Assembly: GCF_006345805.1 (NCBI RefSeq)
Contig: NW_021824101.1
Coordinates: forward strand, 1-19,869
DNA: 19,869 nt
Reading direction: 5' to 3'
Origin: Octopus sinensis
Taxonomy: Eukaryota
How positions within the stretch are numbered: position 1 is the stretch's first letter; every line of letters begins with the position of its first letter. The position numbers were made by a program, and so were the translations under genes. Of this stretch, positions 1-10,114 are shown in pieces. The notes under the pieces are model-generated. The model made no database searches and was not told the DNA's origin. It saw only the letters and a list, made by a program, of their open reading frames with translations.

Positions 1-45
1 GTCCGCAGTCAAATGACTGAAACAAGTAGTAAAAGATAAAAATGA
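1..45 (+). mobile_element. 3' tail of SINE family C (truncated by window edge)
   Basis: gtccgcagtcaaatgactgaaacaagta-gtaaaaga matches the 3' end of the copy at 16798-17226 (ggccgcagtcaaatgactgaaacaagtaaaagag). Confidence 0.8.
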
Positions 46-202
46 AGAAAGATAAAGATATGAGGCTTTGTGATCTAAACGAATAAGTACGCTGAGTAAG
101 GGACATAGTTGTTCGCCCTTTAGACACTCATTTCACAACTGAAGCTGGATCTAGGGATCCGTATTAGGGTTCCGTTATAGTGGGTTTATACTATACTAAA
201 TA

Positions 203-587
203 GGAGGCGCAATGGCCCACTGGTTAGGGCAGCGGATTCGCGGTCATAGGATCGCGGTTTCGATTCCCAGACCGGGCGTTGTGAGTGTTTATTGAGCGAA
301 AGCACTCTAAAGCTCCACGAGGCTCCGGCAGGGGATGCTGGTGATCCCGCTGTACTCTATTCACCCACAATTTTCTCTCACTCTTACTTCCTGTTTCTGT
401 TGTACCTGTATTTCAAAGGGCCACGCTTGTCACGCTCTGTGTCACGCTGAATATCCCCGAGAACTACGTTAAGGGTACACGTGTCTGTGGAGTGCTCAGC
501 CACTTACACGTTAATTTCACGAGCAGGCTGTTCCGTTGATTCGGATCAACCGGAACTCTCGTCGTCGTAACCGACGGAGTGCTTCCA
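203..587 (+). mobile_element. Full-length tRNA-derived SINE, family A (head H1 + tail T1), with 10-bp TSD
   Basis: Pol III A-box-like tggcccactgg (212-222) and B-box-like ggtttcgattcc (256-267). Homologous to 10992-11372 and 5076-5439. Flanked by direct repeat tatactaaat at 192-201 and 592-601. Confidence 0.92.
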
Positions 588-1248
588 TATATATACTAAA
601 TGAAAAAGCAAAACCAAAGCAGAACGAGTATCTCAAGTCATTTAGAATAATTTACTTTAGATTAGGTGAATTTGAAATCTGACAGCCGTTTCTGGGATAA
701 TCCAAGTGTTAGGTAAACATGTCCACGCGCTGGGCGTTCCGTCATTAGAGACAAGATATGATTATTTTAGACAAGGGAAAGTTACAGTTTACAAGGTATA
801 AAATAGATTTACATTTATAAGGAATAAAGTAGAAGAATAAAGGTTAAACGTAGATTACAAGCGGAAGAATAACGGTTACAACTCATCTTTTTCTAGAAGA
901 TATGAATGTTGGTGGGTACTTCCATGAAGGTACAGGTCTTTAGTTAAATTCCTAGGAAAATCAAGGCGGTATTTTGGCAGAATTTTGAATGCTGTATTCA
1001 TATTCGAATGATAGATATTATGCAAATATGTATATAGAGTGAGAAAAAAAGACATAAATGGGTTTCGTGAGTGGGTGTATATGGGAGAGAGAGGAGAAAG
1101 AGAGGGTGACGAAGGGACTAAAGGCAATAGGTAAAAATTAAACTAAAACCCTAATAATAGATATTTGTCAGCATTGCTTTGGGTTGAGGGGTCAAACATT
1201 AAAGTTTCGGCAAAGAGGAGACAGTGGGGGTGGCGAGCAATCTCTGTG

Positions 1249-1365
1249 TGGAAGCACTCCGTCGGTTACGAGGACGAGGGTTCCGGTTGATCCGAATCAA
1301 CGGAACAGCCTGCTCGTGAAATTAACGTGTAAGTGGCTGAGCACTCCACAGACACGAGTACCCTT
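1249..1365 (-). mobile_element. 5'-truncated family A SINE (tail T1 only)
   Basis: Reverse complement matches 471-587 at 114/117 nt. Confidence 0.9.
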
Positions 1366-1640
1366 CAATCTAGGTAAGGTCACAAAGGACAATAGTCAAA
1401 ATTATATTTCAAGTTTGGTAGTAATTAAATGATACGAGATAGAGGATTAAGTTAGAACAAAGATTAAATTTTGAAGCCTAAACTTAAAATTAGAATCTAA
1501 AAAAAACGAAAACCTACAAACTACAAAAAAATAAAAATGATTGAATTGAAACCATCTACGTTCTCAGATACTTATGTTGATACAGAGGTAGAGGAAAAGA
1601 AAATGAAGTAAAACCAAAAAAAGGAAAAAGTGTATAACAG

Positions 1641-1690
1641 ACACACACACACACACACACATATTATATATATATATATATATATATAAT
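1641..1690. repeat. (CA)n/(TA)n microsatellite
   Basis: Direct reading. Confidence 0.95.
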
Positions 1691-2407
1691 ACACCCAAAA
1701 AAAACGTCCATATAAACCGTACACATATACATACGTACATATAAACACACAAATATATGCATATATATATTGTAACGACCGTGGATGGATACGTTATGTG
1801 TGTTGATTTTTGTCTGCATTTGGACTGATCGAAGAATTTAATAGTGCGATAGAACCTATGGCCGTATGCTGAAAAAGTTTCGTTTTGTGTATTTAGTAAT
1901 TGCGATGAATTATGTGTTAAAATTTGGAGGACTTCTTTTATACATAGCCCACAAGTAGATCGCTGACCTTTCTATGGGACCTTTGTATGGGACCTCGGAA
2001 TCTAATGTGTCGCAGAAATATTTCTTCCTAATCCAAGAATCAAATTCACCGAAGAAAATGAATGAGGTAGCGAGACACTGTAAACACATTTATTAAAAGT
2101 TTTTTTTTTTTTTTCAATAACAGACATCCAATATTTTTTATATAAACTATCCGATTATGGGGATAAAATTTTCAGGTTACCATAGTGTAATAACGGTCAT
2201 CTCATTTTTACCACCTTGGAAATCAATCAACACAAACTACGTATCGATCTCCTTCAGCTGATTTTCCACTAAATACAACATTATGCGCCGAATCTCAACA
2301 ACTTAGTCATGCAGACAATACATGAAGAAGAAATCTATATGTTATTTGTAACAGAGATATCATCGAACTCACTAGACGTGTATTTGCGTTAAAGTGAAAG
2401 AATTTAA

Positions 2408-2627
2408 CTCTTTAGCGTTCAGATTGTTCTGTCAAATATAAATGCTTATTTATTCCATTGTTTTGAATTTATTCTGCGTTATCAGGTGACCTTGATATAT
2501 CGAAGGTGTGATGGTTTATGTTCAAAATTACGTTCCAAGGTAGGTGTGAGATGTGAAATACGGCCAATTTGAAGATAAAGCAAGTAGAATATTTTTGCCG
2601 GATATGGCCGGATTAAGCACATAAGGG
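2408..2627. mobile_element. TTAA-flanked MITE-like element (piggyBac-type target site)
   Basis: ttaa at 2404-2407 and 2628-2631 flank ends ctctttagc...cataaggg, an imperfect CCCTT-type TIR. Superfamily assignment is inference from the TTAA TSD. Confidence 0.5.
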
Positions 2628-2693
2628 TTAAGGAGCGGGTACAAAAAGTTTACAAGATATATTGCATGCAGAATTTTTCGGTTAAAATCCAAA

Positions 2694-3215
2694 TCTATAT
2701 AAATATATATAAAACTGAAACTTGTGTGTCTGTGTGTATATCTGTGTGTGAGTCTGTGTGTTTAACTTCTCGGCACATCTCCTCCTAGCCAACAAATCGT
2801 AGAACCACCAAAAATGGGTCACTTAAAGTTTAGGCGAATGAAAATTGAACTGCGCTATTTCTGTTCCGAAATTCATCTCACAAATGCAAAAATCGATAAT
2901 GTGTTTGTTTAGGCCTTATCCCATGTATTGAATAGTGAACTTTACTCAGTTAGCTGTTTGACGTGAACTGTGTTTCCCACGCCTTCAAGCATGCGTAAAT
3001 TGCATGAAAAATAAAAAAATCAAGATATAAAAACGAATCGCCGTAAACATTGTAGAAATTCGGCAAAGAAATGAATTTTCGGGATGGAGCCTGGAGGGGT
3101 TTTTTTTTTCGTATTAATCGTTTGGTCTTTGTGAACACATACCAATTGTTTTCATAATATTTTTAACGCTTTGAATTAAATGTGACCATTTTGAAAAGCC
3201 GGGCAATACTGCTAG
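2694..3215 (+). mobile_element. Non-autonomous Helitron-like element
   Basis: Inserted between A(2693) and T(3216); starts TC and ends gccgggcaatactgCTAG. The 5' motif tatataaaactgaaacttgtgtgtctgt and the 3' end are shared with 14093-14490. Confidence 0.75.
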
Positions 3216-4227
3216 TTTATATATTTGAGTATATATGCACAAGTAGATTTCTTCTTCATTTATTGTCTGCATGACTAAGTTGTTGAGATTCAGTGCATAA
3301 TGTTGTATTTAGTGGAAAATCAGCTGAAGGAGATCGATACGTAGTTTGTGTTGATTGATTTCCAAGGTGGTAAAAATGAGATGACCGTTATTACACTATG
3401 GTAACCTGAAAATTTTATCCCCATAATCGGATAGTTTATATAAAAAATATTGGATGTCTGTTATTGATAAAAAAAAAACTTTTAATAAATGTGTTTACAG
3501 TGTCTCGCTACCTCATTCATTTTCTTCGGTGAATTTGATTCTTCGATTAGGAAGAAATATTTCTGGGCCACATTTGATTCCGGGGTCCCATACAAAGGTT
3601 CCATACAAAGGTCAGCGATCCACTTGTGGGCTATGTATAAAAGAAGTCCTCCAAATTTTAACACATAATTTATCGCAATTACTCTTTACGATATCCAAAA
3701 ACTAATTTTGTGGAATGTGGACATAGGCATGACACATCAATCTCTTTTCCACTTTACCACTTCATGTCAAACTTCGGACAATTTCTTCCACAATAAAATA
3801 GAAAGTGAGATAGTGAAGAGAAAAAGACGATGCAGGATACGAATGAGAAAAAAGAGAGACTTGTGCACAATACCAAAGCTGTAATTTCTTTACCTACCAT
3901 GTAGAAATGGAAGCAAAATGAACGCCGAAAAGATCTATATTCACTGAAGATAGCAAAGACAAATAACGATAGACATTTTGCAGTATAAATATATTTTCTT
4001 TCTCCATTAAGTAAAAGCGTTTCCCAATAGTCTATAGTTTCAAACACAATTAATATTTATCTCTATATAAGTCAACATAAATCATCTCACACCATTTTCT
4101 GTGATTGCATAACAAGTTATAAATATTATTATATAATGCTTATTAGTTCCATCTACGCTAAAATGATGTTGCATTTCAAGTCTAACGCAGGAATACTAGT
4201 TTTCATGATTACAAGAATTACACGCTA

Positions 4228-4272
4228 GCATATATATATAAATTTACACAGACAGATATATATATATATATA

Positions 4273-4307
<35 letters not shown>

Positions 4308-4780
4308 CACACACACACATTTATACACATGAAAATGTATATATATATATATATACATATACCTGTCTGTATAAATATATATATATAATATATATGTTTA
4401 TATAAATATATATATATATACATAAATATATATACCATACACACATTTACACACATGAAAATGTATATATATATATATATATATATGCCAAAAGAGAAAA
4501 TACAAGCACGTGCACATACATGGATGAACATACACAAAATCACACACACTCACGCACATACACTCACTTACACAAACACACACACACACATATTCCCATA
4601 CATATGTATATAATCTTGATGATCTACATTTCACGTACTCACTGTTTGCATATGCGTGTGTATGCATACATACATACATACATATATATATACACACACA
4701 CACATGTTTGTGTGGATCTGTATGTACAAATACGTATATAATTCTGTATTTATGTATGTATGTATGTATGTATGTATACA
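4228..4780. repeat. Compound (TA)/(CA)/(TATG) microsatellite with an internal duplicated unit
   Basis: acacattta(t/c)acacatgaaaatgtatatat occurs at 4315 and 4441. Confidence 0.9.
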
Positions 4781-5075
4781 CATATATCCGAAAGGACTCG
4801 ATAACGCAATGCAGATAACAGGCACTTATATGGAAATCAGTTTACCCAAGAACTTTAACATTAAGAGAATGCCATCCAAACCAGTAGGAGAATTACAGAT
4901 AACACCCAATTATATTAAAAATGTATTTGAAAGTTTTAGCGTCATCTTAATTAGAAACACTTCGATTTCACATATTTAATTAAGAAATTCCGAAAAAGAC
5001 TTAGTTACTGGTTGACAAGCCAGTAATGTTACTTGCTGAAAGTAAGAGTACTGTTTTGTATGGTGAAGAGACGTG

Positions 5076-5439
5076 GCACTCTGTTGGTTTGCGACGACGT
5101 AGATTCCAGTTGATGCGCTCAACGGAGAAGCCTGCTTATGAAATTAACGAGCAAGTGAGTGAGCACTACACAGACACGTGTACCCTTGACGTAGTTCTCG
5201 GGGAGATTCAGCGTGACGTAGAGTGTGACAAGGCTGGCTCCTTTGAGAAACAGGAAGATAGAGTGAGAAAAAGCTGTGGTGAAGGAGTACAACAGGGTTC
5301 GCCACCACCCCCTGTCGGTGTCTCGTGGAGCTTTAGGGGCTTTCGCTCAATAAACTCTCACAATGCCCGGTTTTGGAATCGAAACTTCAGTCCTACGACC
5401 TCGAGTCCGCTGCCCTAACCACTGGGCCATTGCGCCTCC
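5076..5439 (-). mobile_element. Diverged full-length family A SINE
   Basis: Ends ...accactgggccattgcgcctcc (reverse of head H1); colinear with 10992-11372 but with many substitutions. Confidence 0.88.
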
Positions 5440-5774
5440 ACATGCTGAAGTGTTCGCTTTACACGATAGTTGAATACTTCTAATATAGTGCCCATGAGAT
5501 ATTTCGGATAATAAACTGGATGACCTATATATTGACATGGCTTCAATAATTCTGGTGGTGTTACGCCACATGGAGATCCTATGTCTGAGAGATGAACTTC
5601 TGTATACTTTGATACTTTGATACTTTGATAGGTTTCGGCCATTATTGGCCCAAGCCATGTCTAACTTAATGTATAAGACATCGTTATCAGACTCAGTATT
5701 AAGAACATATAAATCTGCGAACCGGTAGAATCTTGAGATAAGTGGTTAGTGATATTTCTTCCGATTTTAGATTC

Positions 5775-5895
5775 CGCGTTCGATTGCCACTGGAGTGAAG
5801 TCGATCTCTCAGCCTTTTGGGGACGATAGAATAATTAGCAGTTAAACAATGGAATTATTGTAATCGACTTATCCCCTGCCCTGGAATTGCTGGCT
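5775..5895 (+). mobile_element. Degenerate SINE fragment related to family B
   Basis: gttcgattgccactggagt...ttttggggacgatagaataa...tgtaatcgacttatcccc resembles 14640-14735. Confidence 0.45.
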
Positions 5896-5906
5896 AGTTA
5901 ATTAGT

Positions 5907-5948
5907 TAGATAGATAGATAGATAGATACATACATACATACATACATT

Positions 5949-6028
<80 letters not shown>

Positions 6029-6029
6029 T
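5907..6029. repeat. (AGAT)n/(ACAT)n tetranucleotide microsatellite
   Basis: Direct reading. Confidence 0.95.
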
Positions 6030-6242
6030 ATCTTCTCTGTGAACTGGTCTATTTTCCTGTTGTTCTGAAAATAGATTTAACCAATGCTCCTTGGATAGAG
6101 ATTTGTATGAACTCTTATTTCATACATCAACTGAAGTTCATTAGCTAACCTATTTATGACATTGGTTTCGTGGTCACTAATTTGGACAAGATTTTTACTG
6201 GTGTCTTTCTTCTCCTGCAGGCGTATGTGTATGTACGAGTGA

Positions 6243-6565
6243 GGGCGCGTGGCTTAGTGGTTAGCTTACGGCTCATGATCGTAAGGTTGTGAGTTCGATT
6301 CCCGGCAACGTGTTCTGTCCTTGAGCAAGACACTTTTTTTCACGTTGCTCCAGTTAACTCAGCTGGCAAACATGAGTAGTATCTGCATTTCAAAAAAGGG
6401 TCGTCCTTTTCCCACTCTGTGCCACATTGAATCTCCTTGCGAACTACGTTAAGGGTACACGTGTCTGTGCAATGCTCAGCCACTCGTACGTTAATTTCAC
6501 GAGCAAGCTGTTCCGTTTATCGTATCAGCTGGGACCCTCGTCGTCGTAACCGACGGAATGCTCCA
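6243..6565 (+). mobile_element. tRNA-derived SINE with a different head (H2) but the family A tail (T1)
   Basis: Head gggcgcgtggcttagtggttag...gagttcgattccc; 3' half gaactacgttaagggtacacgtgtc...gtcgtcgtaaccgacgg is shared with family A. Direct repeat tgtatgtacg at 6228-6237 and 6566-6575. Confidence 0.88.
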
Positions 6566-6859
6566 TGTATGTACGTACGTATGTATGAAAGTGTGTATGT
6601 AGAGAAACGTAGACTTTCGAATCGGTGACTTACTGGCCCTTTCAGCTTCAACAACAATGACTATTTGTCCATTAGTAGGCAAAAAAAAAAAAAAAAAAAA
6701 AAACGTGATGCTGATCAGGTTGTTCAACTCCTTCTACGATTCCATCTCAAAAATGTATTTGTAACAGCTTCGAATTTGTAGTTCCTACCATTAATGATAC
6801 CATCTTCAAATATATCTGATAATGATTTTATTAGATACAATTTTTAGCGCAACACCAGA

Positions 6860-7330
6860 ATCATCCTCATCATCACCATCATCACAACCGCATCCATTAC
6901 CTTCACCATCGTCGTCGTCGTCATCGTCATCGTCATCATCATTATCTGGCTACCGTCAACATTGTCGACGCCGTCATCATCAAAGTCGTGGTTGTCGTCA
7001 ACATCTCCATCCTCCACCTCTTCAACCTCCATCACTACCTCATCGCCTTCCTCCTCCTCCTCCTTATCACCATCATCATCCTCGTGGTCTTGTTTAGTTT
7101 TTATCTTCTTTTTCTTCTTGTTTTTCTTCTCTTTTTTCTTCTTCCTCGTCTTCTTTTTCTCCTTTTTCCTTCTTCTCCCCGCTTCTCCTCTTTCTTCGCT
7201 TCTTTCCTAATTCAACATCATCGTTCTTCTTTATCATCAACAACACCATCTTCCTCCTATTCTTCTTCTTCTTCTTCATCTCCTGCTCCTACTCCTCTTC
7301 ATCCTCCTCTTTGACCATCTTTTCCTTCTG

Positions 7331-7392
<62 letters not shown>

Positions 7393-7760
7393 ACATCATC
7401 ATCATCATCATCGTCTCCTTATCATCAACAACACCATCTTCCTTCTATTCTTCTTCTTCATCTCCTTCTCCCACTCCCCTTCTTCCTCCTCTTTGTCCAT
7501 CTTTTCCTTCTGCATCATCATCATCATCATCATCACCATCACCATCACCACCACCATCATCATCATCATCATAATCATCATCATCATCATCATCATCATA
7601 ATCATCATCACCATCATCATCATCATCATCATCATCATCGTCATCATCATAAGCATCATCATCACCGCCACCATCATCACCGCCACAATTATCATCATCA
7701 TCATCATCATCATCACCATCATTATCAGCATCATTTACCATGACATTTCGCATCATTAAT
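6860..7760. repeat. Trinucleotide low-complexity tract (CAT/TCT/TCC) with a ~185-bp internal tandem duplication
   Basis: ttatcatcaacaacaccatcttcc at 7231 and 7419; ttttccttctgcatcatc at ~7319 and ~7502. Confidence 0.9.
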
Positions 7761-7984
7761 TAATATAATTTACATCATGACATTTATTATCAGTAAATTT
7801 ACTACTTCAGTTTTTTCCAACAACCTCACAACTATCATAATTTTAAATGTTTTTTATCAACTGTTTTTTTATGTTCTGTTTCATCATTAACGTTAGATTA
7901 ATTTTTATGATACACAGTGCGGGCATCTGTATCTGCAACATAATCTCTGTGGATGCTGAGTGTTGTTGGTCTTGGTCCGAGGTG

Positions 7985-8017
7985 ATGCTGTTGTTGTTTT
8001 TGTTGTTGTTGTTGTTG

Positions 8018-8087
<70 letters not shown>

Positions 8088-8110
8088 CATCATCATCATT
8101 ATTATTATCA
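7985..8110. repeat. (GTT)n(ATT)n(ATC)n microsatellite
   Basis: Direct reading. Confidence 0.95.
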
Positions 8111-8116
8111 TTAAAT

Positions 8117-8245
8117 CAGCGAGGTGGCAGAATCGTTAGCGGGACGGGCGAAATAGTTAGCGGTATTTTGCCCAGCACTACGTTCTTAGTTCAAATTCCA
8201 CCGAAGTCTATTTTGCTTTTTATCCTGTCGGGGTCGATAAAATAG
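8117..8245 (+). mobile_element. 3'-truncated family B SINE
   Basis: gcgaggtggcagaatcgttagc...gttcaaattccaccgaagtc...cggggtcgataaaata is homologous to 14577-14700. Confidence 0.8.
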
Positions 8246-8246
8246 A

Positions 8247-8632
8247 TATTCTTTTATTTTTTACTTGTTTCAGTCATTTGACTGCGGTCATGCTGGAGCA
8301 TCGCCTTGTAGTCGAGCAAATCTATTATAGGGCTCATTCTCTGTAAGTGTTGTACTTATTCTATCGGTCTATTTTGCTTACCGCTAAGTTACGGGAACGT
8401 AAACACACCAGCATCGGTTGCCAAGAGATGTTGGGGGGACAACCACAGAGACACAAACACACACGCACAGACACACACACACATACACATATATACTTAT
8501 ATACATATATACAACGGGCTTCTTTCATTTTCCGTTTACCAAATCCACTCACTTTGGTCGGCTCGAGTCTATAGTAGAAGACACCTGCCGAAGATCCCAC
8601 GCGATGGGACTAAACCCACAACCATGTGGTTG
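8247..8632 (-). mobile_element. Family C SINE with internal microsatellite; extreme 5' end replaced by (TA)n
   Basis: cttgtttcagtcatttgactgcggtcatgctggagc and the downstream segments are the reverse complement of 16820-17220. Confidence 0.85.
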
Positions 8633-8885
8633 ATAATATATATATATATATATATATATAGTCCAAGTTTACAGAATCACATTTCGAAAACATGTGTAGG
8701 AACAACAAGCAGGTGTGTTAGTTTAACGCTCAGGAAGAATGGAAAAGTCTTTTACGTTTCGAGTCTACGCTCTTAGACAGGGAGGATTAGGAAGGAAAAA
8801 AATAGAGAGAATGAAAAAAAAAAGAACAGAGAAACGAGAAGATGTAGAGAGTATATATATCCGATGAGCTTCTCTCAAATTCCTA

Positions 8886-9111
8886 TTTCTTTACTACCCA
8901 CAAGGGGCTAAACACAGAGGGGACAAACAAGGACAGACAAAGGGATTAAGTCGATTATATCGACCCCAGTGCGTAACTGGTACTTATTTAATCGACCCCG
9001 AAAGGATGAAAGGCAAAGTCGACCTCGGCGGAATTTGAACTCAGAACGTAATGGCAGACGAAATGCGTAGCCGCATTTCGCCCGGCGTGCTAACATTTCT
9101 TCCATCTCGCT
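8886..9111 (-). mobile_element. Full-length family B SINE
   Basis: Reverse complement aligns almost end to end with 14577-14798. Confidence 0.9.
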
Positions 9112-9115
9112 GCGT

Positions 9116-9269
9116 TTCTTTCAAATTCCGTCAACCAAATCCACTTCACAAGGTTGCAGTTGGACCGAGGTGACAGCAGAAGACACAATTCGAAGGTGCC
9201 ATGCAGCAGAACTGAACCCGAAACGATGTTGGTTGGAAGCAAGCATCCTACCACACCGTCACGCCTGCA
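9116..9269 (-). mobile_element. Diverged 5' half of a family C SINE
   Basis: Reverse complement caggcgtgacggtgtggtaggatgcttgcttccaacc...gggttcagttc...ggatttggttgacggaa resembles 16800-16950. Confidence 0.7.
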
Positions 9270-9696
9270 TCTACAGAACAATCTTTAACGCTTTTAATAC
9301 GCATGTAATGTCAAGAATATTGTATATACCACCATGGTTACGATATTCCATAATTCAGAAACTAACAAGGGTTGCAAGTGCTAACCACGTATTGGATTTG
9401 GTACCAGAAGTGTTAAATTATAAACGAGATCGTGTAACACCCGTTCTAAGTCGAAGCTATACGTTTCGCTTAACGTTGGCATTAATTTAACCCACAGAAA
9501 TGTAATATCATTCATATAGATAATTAGCAGTCTGTCAGCGTGATGAGCAGACTGTCAGCGTGAGAGGCTATTTGTCAGCGTGAGCGCATGTGTCGGAGTA
9601 ATTGTTGATAGCAGGTAATTGGATTGTGTAATTGTGTATTGTAATTAACTAATTACAGTCCATCGGTTTGTTAGTTGATCGCTCAGCAGCCATGTT

Positions 9697-9768
9697 TGCC
9701 GATCAACTGATGAAAATCTAACTGTCTATCTCTGTGTGTCTCATTGGGTATAAAACTATTGATCGGTA
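9697..9768 (+). ncRNA. Degenerate type I hammerhead ribozyme-like motif
   Basis: 10-bp stem I (9697-9706/9759-9768), CUGAUGA at 9707-9713, stem II atctaa/ttgggt. The second core reads AAAAC-UA instead of GAAAC...GUH. Confidence 0.45.
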
Positions 9769-9819
9769 TCTGCTCTTATGGTGTAGTCTCTGAAAGTGCA
9801 TGCACATATGCCTACATGC

Positions 9820-9840
9820 ATATATATGTATATATGTATA

Positions 9841-9919
<79 letters not shown>

Positions 9920-9975
9920 ATATCTATGTATATGTATATATATATATGTATATACATATATATATATAATATATA
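9820..9975. repeat. (TA)/(TATC)n microsatellite
   Basis: Direct reading. Confidence 0.95.
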
Positions 9976-10114
9976 TAAATATTTAAATATTGAGGGAGAT
10001 AAATTAATATTAATTTTAATATCAATTTAAAACCAGTAGTCCAGCATTCAAAAAATCTGAGGAGTCAGAGAAAATTCAAATATATGTGTATATTGGCAGG
10101 GCTGGCCTGCTAGG

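Larger units (their letters stand above)
1895..3683. repeat. Long inverted repeat: arms 1895-2337 and 3244-3683, spacer 906 bp
   Basis: Manual alignment of the left arm to the reverse complement of the right arm shows about 13 substitutions plus a 3-nt poly(T) length difference. No TSD seen. Confidence 0.95.

Noticed and set aside
203-280. tRNA genes at SINE heads
   Set aside because: The heads continue into multi-copy SINE bodies with TSDs and lack a proper acceptor stem, so they are not bona fide tRNAs.
3318-3356. Hammerhead-like CTGAAGG-agatc-GATAC...GTG-ttgatt in the long inverted-repeat arm, with a possible 6-bp stem I
   Set aside because: Three core deviations (A9, A14, H17=G) and no real stem II; too degenerate to call.
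4780-4979. Protein-like stretch KGLDNAMQITGTYMEISLPKNFNIKRMPSKPVGELQITPNYIKNVFESF
   Set aside because: No recognisable family, no convincing splice sites, and the ORF start lies in a microsatellite.
5625-5665. Minus-strand GGCC-aataat-GGCC-GAAAC resembling hammerhead stem II
   Set aside because: No CUGANGA core or stem I upstream.
6200-6228. Strong-looking acceptor tctttcttctcctgcag followed by GC-gtatgt (possible micro-exon)
   Set aside because: Motif only; such sites occur by chance and there is no transcript evidence.
9290-9440. CNVKNIVY...GCKC peptide reminiscent of the Penelope GIY-YIG N-terminal region
   Set aside because: Spacing is wrong, there are stops, and no YIG motif; similarity too short to support.
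9528-9587. CRISPR-like array interpretation of short spaced repeats
   Set aside because: Only three 11-bp repeats with 9-bp spacers, in eukaryotic repeat context with no cas genes.
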